Shown here piece after piece: positions 53,120-64,000 of a stretch of 64,000 nt of DNA; position 1 is the first letter of the stretch; each line of letters starts with the position of its first letter. The position numbers and the translations under genes are program-made. The notes beneath the pieces were generated by a model. The model was not told the origin of the DNA. It saw only the letters and a program-made list of their open reading frames with translations, and did no database searches. The stretch comes from Takakia lepidozioides (lineage: Eukaryota > Plantae > Bryophyta), in NCBI GenBank assembly GCA_030704615.1, contig CM060734.1:35712001-35776000 (forward strand). The letters run 5' to 3'.

Positions 53120-53206
53120 GCTGCTCCACCTGCAGGAGGTGGCTTCTTCAAGCCACAAGTGGGTGGTTTCCAAGGTGGAAATTTTCAGGGTAACAGGAGA
53201 ACTTAA
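53120..53206 (+). pseudogene. RPS17: Orphan duplicate of the RPS17 terminal coding exon
   Basis: 87 nt identical by eye to 46494-46580, with intact CAG acceptor, stop codon and downstream 3'UTR. The upstream RPS17 exons were not duplicated. Confidence 0.9.
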
Positions 53207-54808
53207 ACAATAGAAGCAGGTTAAGGCTGCCATTACTTTCTTTGCAGGCATCAGGCCTTGTTTTTCGTATACAATTCACAGGCCTCAGATTCTTTGCAAG
53301 CATGAGTCGCTGTGTGCAGGGAAAGATGACCTATGTGAGAATGAAAATGGGGATGTTGCTCCTGGAATGCTGCTTGATATGAACCCTATTGAGCTGGGGC
53401 TGTCTGTTGTTTTACCTCACCAATGCAACACATGCAGATTTTTTTCACTCATGTAAGAGGTAGGAACTCACAGAATGCTGAATTGTTGCACTAACTGCAT
53501 TGAAACACTTCTTACCTGACCAGCCCAAGTTTCACAAGGTTCTGGAATAATTAAGTAACAGCATACAAAAAGTCTGAAGAAGATTACGTTTGCTTTTGTG
53601 TAGAACTGATTGCAAGGGGACTGTTGTTGAATGCTCTCTTGTGATCATTGTCTGGCCGGCAGGAGATGAAACAGACTTCAATTATGTAGAAGAATTCGAG
53701 TGCATTGTGTTATATGTGATGTTTGTCAGATTGTTGTGGGAGGAGTAAGGCGTAGGGCCTCCTTCCAGGTGGTCAAACCCGAACAAAAGATGGTGTCACT
53801 GTCAGGCTTTTATGCTCCACCGGCACTACTATGTGCAAAACCCTAGTTTTGGTCCTTACGTCATACCCCTGTAGGAAGTCAAGAGATTGCGTCCCAATGG
53901 TGACTCTCGCCGCCTATTGGGAGTTTATTTCTCGAGCAGTGCTTGGTGGAGGATGGAGACAGATAAACCACCGAGTTCCTCTTGGGAGATCAGGTGGCCA
54001 CTCAATAGTCTTCACTCTACTGGACCGGCATCTTTTCCTTTTTCTCTTAGCTGTATTCATATTTTCTTCTCTTCCTCTTCTCAAGTAGTCCTTCTCCCAT
54101 CCTTTATCCTCCTTTCCTTCTACATCTTCAAGTGATGCCCTATGTATTGCCACAGTAGCATCTCTCACCCGGCGTTCCCTGCCCCTTCGTCTCTCCCTCT
54201 CCCGAACCATCTCCCTTACCTCCCGTCAAAATGAGCGCAGTTAGATTGCAAGTCAAAGTCAATAGCTTCACTCTCTTTGGGGCCAGAAGTCACCCATTGT
54301 TGATATCTGATCAAGAAATTGATGGGGAGCGGAGCTGTGAAGCGGGGATTCCTCAACTATAATATATAATATATGCTTGAAATGCCTGTCCAATGTAAGA
54401 TTAATTAGTAATCATGATTAGTAGATATATGAGACTGTCCAACCTAGCTGCGGAAATCTCCACTGAGATTATATTCCAGTGCCACTGATTATTGACTTGT
54501 AGAAGGCCATAAAGTCCCAGCTAGCAGATTTTGAACTTGTCTGGAATCTGTGCAGCAACATCTCCTAGTTCCTGATAGAGAGTACTGGACTGTGGAATAG
54601 TATGGAGTTGACATTCTCTCCAGAATGAGAGATGTGTGAATGCTCAGTTTCAACAACCAAATTGTGAAGGTCTCAAGGTGCAGGTCTTAGAGTTTAGCCT
54701 TGAATTTACTGATATCCGACCACCAAGACATGATTCAATTGTATGAATTTCGACTGGCAACAAAAGTACTACATGATTCTAACAACCAAGTGCTTGGACC
54801 TTCGAAAG

Positions 54809-56967
54809 TCATTCAACAATGGACGGCCGAAGTTCCATGTTGGAAAGACCGGGTGTAATAGGTGTACTATCTTGTTGGGCTCCAACTTTCCAATACGTGG
54901 CACATTTCATGTCCGACTGCAGCATTAACTTGGAGTACTCTTCATGGTTGTAGTCAGAGGGGTTGTTACATACAGTTTCCACACTGTCCTTGTTGAAATG
55001 CTCGTACAGGTGCTTCATTGTCTCGGGATTTCTAGTGTATACAAACTTCACTTTTGAGAATGTCTTGGGATCAAGCAATGGCTTGAAAATCTGCAACAAA
55101 CAACCACTGGATTAAATCTCGGCATTTCCACCGCGTGCCTCAGAATCCTAAATGAACCATGACATTGATTATGGTGGTTGCAGGTCCCCATCATCATCTC
55201 TCCCACCGTTGAATCCAGCTCTCCACAGTACACCATTGATTAATCAGCTCAAAGGAGACTAAAATGCACAACCTTATCTCACCAAAACTCTGGATGCATC
55301 ACACATACCCCAAAAAATGCTTCAAACACGCGAGGAGGATTGTACAAGATGGCAGCATTCAATCGCTCGGGGTAATGGTTTTGCAGAATATTTGCAGCTT
55401 CCCGTGCTGTCTTAAGAGGAACTGAGTTTTTCAAAGTCCAGCCCTTGAAATCAATTAGCCACACCATTTGTTCCTGCCCTGCTGCCAGATTCAAAATCGC
55501 ATCCTCCAGACAGTAGACCAGCTGCCGGATTTGTCTATCATGATTTGTTGTGTTCTGTATCACTAAAAACCATGGCATCAGTCAAACCAATGAGGTATTG
55601 AGAAACCAGTGTTTATCTTAATGATTTGTAGTAGCTCTGCAACCTTCATGCTCCAAGTTCACTCCCAAGAGCTTTTCATCTTTGATGATGACACTTTAAA
55701 GGTTGCCATCTCCATTGCAATTGGTTTTGTCAATGAAAGCTTATTATCATGACCGTTGAAAAACATGAAAAGCATTCCAGCCTAGTATAGCATGATCTAC
55801 TTACTGCGGTTGATCAGATTGTGGCCGAATCTGCAGAGGACCAAAGCAGACCATGTACATTGGGGAAGTACTAGTTACAATAGCAGTTCGTAGAAACGCA
55901 GTGGCAACAAGGGCTTACCTGCCTCCCCGGGTGCATCACCAAGACAGTGTGCCCCTGCTTGTCCATGTAGTTTGCTCTGTAACATTTTCCAGTCTCTGAC
56001 TCTACTGCTATCTCCTCCTGCAAGCCAATTGTATGAGTTAAATTCCAGGTGTTGGACAGGTTCCCTAGTCTTCTCCAGAAATGTTTCTTAACCAATATGT
56101 GTCTTCCTCATCTTGCACTTTGTGTCTGTCAGTCACTACTCACTACAGATGAGCAAGTGTTGCTATAACAGGCACTCTACACACATCTGGAATGGGATGG
56201 GGAGAGAGGAGGAGGGGGTCTCCTCTTGCCCTCCAAATGAGCAACATAACTGACCCAGCAAATTTCTTCAGGTTTGTAAGTCGCTCTCCAAGCAAGCGTT
56301 TGTTGTAGCATCTTCTCAGCTTTCTTGACATTCCAGTTTCGTGCCCGCAGATATCGCTTGAGGCAGTCATCTGATGCATATTGTAATGCGCGACCAGTCA
56401 GTGGTCCCAATGCTGCCTGCAGCTCCTTCACCTACATCCCCAGTAGCTATGTGTAAACCCGAACTTAAGTAGGGAGTAGTCCACCACTCCGAATTTCAGA
56501 ATCAGAACACATACATTGGAACATGGACAGTCTCGGGCTATGGCCTGAAAACAATTGAGTATTGAGGACCATGGAGAATCTTTCAGCCCACTATGACATC
56601 ACAATCTCCCAAAATGCACTACAGGTTGACTTGACAACTCTCTGGCATATAGCATTAGCAGAATTTTAGGTGAAATGCCAGTTCTAACAGCTTGACTTGC
56701 TCACTGAAGAAGTCTTAGAATAACTTGCCAACCAGGCAATGATCACATGTCTATCAAACAACTATTTAAGCATCGAGGTGGCACCCAAGTACTCCCAAAC
56801 ACTAATTAGACTCCCAAACACACACTTTCTAGAATGTCATGCATGGATAGTATTTCTAATGCAGTCACCAATAAGCTGTGAACACCTTCCAAAGATAGAC
56901 GGCCCACCAGAGCTTGCTCGTCACCAGGCGAAGAATGCTCTCTGCTCAAACTCTTTCTCAATGACAT
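54809..56967 (-). CDS. Sec14/CRAL-TRIO lipid-transfer protein, copy B
   Basis: Same five-exon structure as copy A with intact splice sites. Motifs EEIAVESETGK, WLIDFKGW, ILQNHYPERL; ends NMELRPSIVE*. Confidence 0.93.
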
Positions 56968-59110
56968 GTTTGTGAGCTTTTTCAGCAGCCTCTGGTCGCA
57001 CTGACAATCACAGTTGAGAGTTTGTAAACAACATGATTCGTCACAGACAGACTGCAATTAGACTAGTAAGTCAAGCTATGTGTTGACTGCGATTCACCCT
57101 TTTAGACTTCAATCATCACCTGTAGTTGTTTTTTATAACTGTCTCAACTCGAATCCCCTTTGATTGTAAACATCAGTTGACAAGCACTACCAGGAGATAT
57201 CCACTTCCACATTCGAACTGAGGACACTCCCATCAACCACTGGCACGATCCCCCTTCGCCCATGCCCTGGAGTACCAAATCGTAACAATCTCATGAACAG
57301 ACCAACGGGCAATGAAAAGATACTGAGTGGGACTACCCAAGAGCCCTTGCAACCCAGATTCAACTCAAGTAGACTACGTATGTAGCTTGCGGGAAATAAT
57401 CATCGCCCGAGGACGAGCTTCCTAGATTCTAAAAACTGACCACCTGTACATAAAGGCCCCCGAAACATTCCCCAGTTCAAGCTCTCGCAGGGCTGCAGTT
57501 TACGTCTTCTGATAATAGTCACACAAGCAGAATGAGCCCTTCTCTACCCGGTTTACCGTAATCTTGCTTCACTGTACATTCATTCCTTTGTTTCACACCC
57601 TCCTTTTTGTTATTCCATTGTTAGTTGGAGGATTCGATGATTCGATGATTCGATCACTGCATTAGCCAGATCCACTCAGGCTTTGTGGCACCTTCTGTAC
57701 TCGGCACCTGCGTTACGAAATTGCATTCTTCCACAGAAACAGATAATTCTAAGCCCCAACGTATGAGCAGACCTGAGCCCTGGGACCCGAACAGCAGTCG
57801 AAAGACTCAAATCCAAAAGAAGCAGGAAATTGAGATTACCTGAATGGATTGTAGCTGTGGCCGCTGTAGCCACCGAGGACCGGGACGTTTCCAGTAAACT
57901 GCAAAAACATTCACTGATCCTGCATGGTGGGAGGAGCTTGATAAGTCTGCAAAGCTGATTGATTGCAAAACACACTCAGAAGCTGGATTGAAGTGACCTT
58001 TATCTCAGGGCTAGAATTGGCCTTACTAGTCCGAAAACATTAGTAAACGGAGGCCAATTGGACACGGCCTGAAGAGAGACTGCTCCTGCTACGAAGAGTG
58101 GATGGACAAACATAGAGGAGAAAAGAAGATAGAGAGTCTAGGGCCTTCAACTCTTCCTCGGGTCTCGGGTCTCGGGCCTTCTCTTCCTTCTAGGAAAATT
58201 ACAAGCCGGGCTATTACAAGGCCCGCCTGGTGAAATTAGAGAGACAATCTGTTCTCATGTTGAATCATTGCGCCTCTGTCTTCTCAGTAGATATCATCAC
58301 GAGATGGGATCGCGGACTTATCACACAAGTGTTTAGAGTTTAGGCGACGTGGAACACAATCCGAGGCTAGGATCTCGATTCTCGGGGAGCAGCTTTCTAG
58401 GAAAGCAGGGAGAGCAAACATGGCGGCACAGGAATGGAGCCACAGCAGCGAGCGACAGCAGCTTCGTCGTTGGGAAGTCAGACTCTCCCAACAGGGGCCC
58501 CACAGTGCGCAGTCAAAAGCCATTTCCAGACTTGTGGTGGTCGGTCATTGAAGTAACTACATGCAATACCTTAGGGTGCGCGGCCACTAAGTATCTCCTT
58601 TGACAATCCAATGTGGTGGCTTTTGGGGTTGTCCAGTTTCAGGCGTCCGAGTCCAACCAAGTCATGTCTACTAGGGGGTAATTAGTAATTAGGTTCCTGC
58701 CAAGTAAAGTAAGGTTCCTTCGCTAACTTGAGACTTGGATTCTCAAGGCTGTATAAGGGCCGCATTACACTAGGGACCAAGTTGAAGCACTCTTGGTCCT
58801 TTGATGCTGGTATAAAATATGAATACCTAGGGACCAAAGTTAGTGTGTGTAAAGCCGTACCAAGACATTGTTTTCATTCTTGACAGTCCAGCTTCCAACA
58901 CTTGAAGTAAGTTGGTCGCAAAACCACGTTGAGTTTTTCGTGGAGGGCACCCTTCTAGAAGGGGGGGACACATGTCCGACCCTAATTAGGCCTACTCCCA
59001 CCACTTGACACCTGTACCCCTAACCAGGGCAAATTGGCCTGAACCATCCCCTATTTAATAGGTATCACCTTCCCGCCGTCTTTTTCTTTGGACCCCTGCA
59101 TTTCTTGAAA

Positions 59111-59590
59111 TCCCTCTAGATGTCAATGTATGAATGGAGATGTTTGTTTTGTTTTGTTTGTTTTGTAGATTTGTCCCCAACTGCGGGGCCAGCCCTGGTG
59201 CTCGGTACCATTGGAAAGCCACGAGATGAGGAGGGGTGCAAGGGCTTGGTCTCATGATTTTTGGACCTGCGGTGTCGGAGATAGATGTGGAATTTCAAGT
59301 ACTTTGGGTCGGTGGAAATTCCTGAAAAATAGCAAAGTGGGAATGGGACGATGGTTGGAGCCTGGAGAGGAGAGATATAAAGGTAAAGGTCTCCAGTTCA
59401 AATCTGGTCGTAGGCTCCGTTGAAAAAAATGCATTTGGACTTAGATACATTGGACCCTGGGCCAACGGCAGAGGCTACCCTAGAGGTCGCATTTGGGCCT
59501 CGACATAGGAGACGCATTTGCATACATAGGAGATTGCACTTGGGCTTAGATGACACATGACACTTGGGCCAACGGCACAGGCTACCCTAG
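59111..59590 (+). mobile_element. Non-autonomous Helitron, 480 bp (copy 2)
   Basis: A|TCCCTCTAGATGTCAATGTATGAA...CTTGGGCCAACGGCACAGGCTACCCTAG|T: 5'-TC, 3' hairpin+CTAG, sits between A and T with no TSD. Absent from the equivalent position (~52770-52800) of duplication unit 1. Confidence 0.82.
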
Positions 59591-60817
59591 TGCCTTATTA
59601 TGTAACCCCCCTTTCTAATTCATGGACCACTCTAAAATGAATTAAAGGTTGCTACATGCACTTTATTTCATTCCTCGTTTTGGCTTTATACACTAGGGGT
59701 GAAGACCAATAATGCTCCAAACTTTGGATGGTCATGGTCCCTTAAGTAAAGCGACTCTAAACTTAGTGCATGGAGAGTGGGGCTATGAGAACCCAAGTTT
59801 GAAGGTTCTCATTTTCTGCTGAGAGTGGATGTCAACCAAGCTTGGGTTTTATCTGACTCGGACCCTGGCAAAATCTAGCTTACTTCCAATATCTTGAGCA
59901 TATATATGTATATATATATATAAGACGCCTCCCAAGGGAAACGTAAATTGTGGTGTCTCTGAACCCCCAAGGGTTACTACCTTCCAGCAGGAAGATGGAC
60001 ACATTTGTGACACCAATGAAACCACAACCACTTCCGAGGTGGTATGTGCCCATTAGCACTGGGCTACAACTTGGTTGCCCGAACATCTGTACTATTACTA
60101 TATAAAACAGGGGATGGAGTATGCATTAAAAAGGAACGTGGAAAAAAACATCCATGTGGAGGTTGTTAAGGCTTATAGGAGGAATTGTTTCATTAGCTCT
60201 TGGTCGCTTACTGCTTTTGGTTTTCCTCTCCTCTATATATTTTTTGTAGATATCCGTGGTGAGGGGTCTCCCAAGCAGCCCCTTAAGTTCTGGTGTACTA
60301 CCATGGTAATCCACAACCCCCTAGGAATAGAGATGAGTCTTTAGTCTCTACCGGCCCCATTGGCCCGTAATGAATATCGAGACTCTCCACAGATCCCACC
60401 TGGAGTCCCTAGGCTCTTGATGAGTCCTAGAGCAAACCCCTCTACGACTTCATACTTATGACCACCCCACTTGGGAGTCCCCGCCACCTCTAGAAGCACT
60501 ATTATTGGAAATTTCCCATAAAAAAACAACTAGTAACAGCCCAATTTAACCCTTGGCAATCTTTCAGACCCGTCTTCAACTTTTTGGCTAAAATCCCACA
60601 CAACTTTCTCCCACCACTCATCTGCTACTTTCAACCGTTTGTGCTAACTTAGTTATGCATTGTACCTCCACTATGGAAATAAAAATATTATAATGTGGTT
60701 GTGGACCTAGAATTTGAGCTCCCACACAATACTCCCACATATATAATTATGGTTTGACCAGATCAAATTGTGGCTTTTTGTAGTTTTCCTTCTTTTGAGA
60801 CACATAAATTCTAACTA

Positions 60818-61057
60818 CCGGCCTGTAGCTCAGTTGGATAGAGCATTGAGTGCCACCAGGTGATTCTGGGTTCAAATCCTGCTACCTTGTCGGGTGTGGT
60901 ATATTCCTATCCCCCTTCCCTTGGGCAGTGTCCTTAGAGCCTTGCGCTCGGTGCCTCATGGTGAGGTTACTATGAAAGAGGTTATTTTCTCCTCTCACCA
61001 CAATTATTTGTGAGCGGTCGCTCCCGGGTATTTCCCTTAATTTTTCAAAAAAGAAAA
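60818..61057 (+). mobile_element. tRNA-derived SINE
   Basis: Pol III A box TAGCTCAGTTGGATAGAGC and B box GGTTCAAATCC in a tRNA-like head lacking a proper acceptor and anticodon stem, followed by a ~170-bp body and an A-rich tail (CAAAAAAGAAAA). Confidence 0.7.
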
Positions 61058-61719
61058 TCCAGTTCAATGGTGGAATAACTATATATCCTTGCCACGGCTA
61101 TATGATGCTTCTTTCTATGGGCTGTTTTGTATGGGTATAAATGATGAAAAATTGAATTGTGACAGGAGCCTCCAATGTTTCCCAAGTTTTTTTAACAAAC
61201 CACATGTAGATGAGTGGGTGCTATGCCAATGCCCCACAATATAAATTGTTTGGAAAAGTCTTGGCCATGAGTGCAATAGGCTACTATCTGGGGACCACAA
61301 CTGGCAAGATTTTCCAACTTTAATATTCTGTATTTGGGGGGCCATGTCCCACCCTGAGTCATCCCATGATCATTTCACCCCACCCAGGCCCCCCAACCCG
61401 TAATATCCCCATCATATGCCACATGTAAGGGCAATGTGGCACCGGCCACCCTAAAAATGAAGTCAAGGCCGCCACATGTACCCTCACCCTAAACTCAAAC
61501 TTGCTACCAATTAGGGCATTGTGCTGCCACTTGTACAATCAACTCAAAAAATGGAGCCCATTTTGGGCAGTGCTAACTCATAAAAAATCACCTAGGACAC
61601 GGGTTTTTTTTTTTTTTTTCTCCTAATTTATTTAACAATCTGTTTTTGAGAAGAGGCTCCATGAGAGGGAGAGCTACATTTTTTGTTAAAACTTCATCCC
61701 CATCCCACAACATCTGCGG

Positions 61720-61900
61720 ATGCTACGTGAATCTCCCAAAGGGGGTGTGACAGTCCAAAGCTTTCGCAAGGGAAAATAGACTCCTCCATAAGTTAGGCAC
61801 ATAGTATACATCATGTATGACTGCATGTCTCCACTGAACACAGGTGAACACAGATTGTTTATGGTGAACATAGGTGGAATGAAAAGTGTATGTGCTTCTG
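61720..61900 (-). mobile_element. Ty1/copia polyprotein fragment (end of protease region)
   Basis: VIHDVYYVPNLWRSLFSLAKALD resembles the copia motif L.DV.YVP.L..NL.S. No LTRs or other domains seen. Confidence 0.5.
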
Positions 61901-62423
61901 AGCCGCAACAGTATCCACCAGTTTCCTCACAAAATGTTCGTGAAGTGTACTATGCAAAAGGATCGTAACCAAGTCACTATATTATAAAAACTTTCGATGT
62001 CGCTGATTCGACAATTAATTTTTCAGTGCAAACTTGCCGCGGGAGCCACAAAAATTGGCATATGTTTGACAACTGAACTAATTGTATACCTGCCGCATGA
62101 CGACAACTCTACAATTCATACGAGCCCAAATGGTACCATTCTCATTCGTAATACTACACTCTGCCTCATGCCGGCAATCGTTTCTCAAACGTCAACTTCT
62201 TACCCTAACATTACGTGACATTGTCCATATGGTGCTTCGTATTTTACTACAAAATTGACACATTTGGTCTGCATAGAAGAAGAGACTTCAACTAATATCC
62301 GAAATATCTACAGATGCTCTCTAAGTCAAGACTCAGAAATACAAGAAACAAAACCAAGTAAAGGCAAGCGAACCTAACAGTTACTCCTGTTTTTCATGTG
62401 AGCCATTCTGTTGTCAACTATGG

Positions 62424-64000
62424 CTAGGTTGAAACCTCCACCACTCTGGGCAGTTGCACGATCGGGATGCCCAATTTCCGACTTAGCTTGGTAGTTTGCT
62501 CTTCAAAAGAAACAGAGGTAGAAAGTTCAATGGCATGCTCTAATTTGGAAAAAAATTCCCTTCGACGAGCGATTCCCCAAATATCAACAGAGCAGTCGTG
62601 TCCTCCGATGCAAATTCATGTCTTGGACTTCTTGGACGTTTGCTCGAAGATGTCCTCCTTAGCTTGAACAAAAGTTGTTAATTGCTCTAGATCTTTGGTA
62701 CCTTGGTCAATTAAAGACTCAAGTGGAAGCCTAAGAACAGCCTACTGCACCAAAGGCACCTAGCCCTTGTGAATCTTAGCACCATCAGAGAATTTCTGTA
62801 CATATTTGAACCCATCATCATAATTGGAAGGGTCTGTGGCAAACAAAAGTAGTGGCCGCCTCAGTTTGGGTGATGTCAGACCGGAGCAGACACCCTCCAA
62901 GTGGCTGTATGCCTCAGCTCTTTTATTGGAGTCCTCTTCCATGGCCAACCACGAGAGTTTTAAACCCACTTCGCTGGATTTTATGGTGGTTCCCAGAAGC
63001 CATCTGGAAATATAGCACTGGACTGCTGAGTGCATCCATCACAGCAAAATTTTGACGAAGGGGGCAGGCAGTACCTCGTACAATTTGCTTCCACCGATTC
63101 AGCCGCTTGCTTTATACTGTGAAACGTATGTATCGTTGACTTTGGCAGCATGAGTTCAAAAGCAACCTACTTACCTAACAGACGGCATTCAAAGGGTCCA
63201 CCTCATGCTAGCATAAAGTGAGCCAGCTGCTCAAACTATTAACCTCTCTTCGCTACTTGCTCCATCCGGCCATTTGATTTTATGTAGAATTTCGCAACAT
63301 CTATTGCTTCGTGCATCCCCATAGTCAAACTTAAGAGAGCTGCAACTTGCGATGAAGCAAATCTTAGACACACTCTGATGTACTTCTGTAGACACTTCTT
63401 CTCTGGGCCGCTTGAATTAATTCCTAGGGAGGTCCTCAGGATCGGGAACTATCCAGTGGAAGATTTTATCACTATCCGGAGGAAATTATCCACTAGTTCT
63501 AACATGAAGCATATGGCTCTTGATTGAGGACGTGTTCATTGCATCACGCAAGTTCATCTTCAATTCTTCAATATTGTTGCCCAAAACTTGCTCGTAAAGC
63601 ACTGTGCGTGCAATTCCACCTGCAAGAGCAAACCACTCCCCAATTCTGGATACCTCTAACTTGCTAAAGCATGTTACGGCTTCAATACATTTCTCTAGCT
63701 CCTCTAGTTCAAAGAGGGGCATGTATAACACAAGGGTGTCAGAATACTTCCGTTGAAGTTAAAGAGTTGCTTGTGTGCACTGCCAAAAACCAACTGCAAT
63801 TTACATTGGCACAGTCCTAGAGAGATGTTTGGAATGCACCTCAAGCATGTAGATGAAACGTGGCCTCGCTTCCGGGGATCCTGCTGAGGGCAACCTTCAA
63901 TCCAGAACAATCACTTTCTCGTCAATTAAGAATTTTGCCACCATCGGTGCAGCAAGGTGTGACTTACCAATTCCAGGGGTGCCCGTGAGTAAAGTTTGTT
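62424..64000 (-). pseudogene. Crinkler (CRN)/RHS-type P-loop NTPase + PD-(D/E)XK nuclease pseudogene; 5' part lies beyond the window
   Basis: Walker A LLTGTPGIGKS (63960-63992); LYMPLFELEELEKC..WFALAGGIARTVL; DKIFHW; RFASSQV; RG**FEQLAHFMLA*GGPFECRLL; YCLP..NFAVMDAL..LYFQMASGNHHKI; LLFATDPSNYDDGFKYVQKF..PLVQ*AVL. Many stops and frameshifts. Confidence 0.85.

Larger units (their letters stand above)
53081..59880 (+). repeat. Segmental tandem duplication, unit 2
   Basis: Copy of 46455-53040 with indels, a micro-inversion and unit-specific insertions, including the Helitron at 59111-59590. Confidence 0.95.

Noticed and set aside
60086-60540. Further Helitron (A|TCTGTACTATTACTATATAAAAC resembles a 5' end)
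   Set aside because: No convincing hairpin+CTRR 3' end on the same strand.
60818-60890. Functional tRNA gene
   Set aside because: A and B boxes are present, but there is no pairing acceptor stem and no canonical anticodon arm; called a SINE head instead.

Overview
Eukaryotic, intron-rich nuclear DNA from a land plant. The gene set and the Crinkler/Crypton-type relics suggest a bryophyte such as a liverwort; this is inference, not proof. The flanks (about 1-12 kb and 59-64 kb) are rich in transposon and pseudogene debris: Crypton-like DUF3504 tyrosine-recombinase relic, 53-bp tandem array, ~480-bp non-autonomous Helitron family, decayed PPR gene, LINE reverse transcriptase, tRNA-derived SINE, copia fragment and a Crinkler-type NTPase+nuclease pseudogene. 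The core (13-57 kb) holds conserved spliced genes: ArfGAP-C2 (AGD11/12/13-type), TH2 (TenA-HAD thiamine enzyme), a DnaJ-type Zn-finger protein, a plastid DprA/SLOG-like protein, a secreted LRR protein head-to-head with HDC1 (RXT3-like), RPS17, and two Sec14/CRAL-TRIO paralogues. The Sec14 pair arose from a recent ~6.6-kb tandem duplication that also copied the last RPS17 exon. Best candidates for something undescribed: (i) two relics of Crypton-like tyrosine-recombinase DNA transposons in a land plant, (ii) a decaying Crinkler effector-type gene, (iii) asymmetric, pocket-focused divergence of the young Sec14 duplicates. Exon coordinates were read by eye from GT/AG signals and protein homology recalled from memory; no database search was run.
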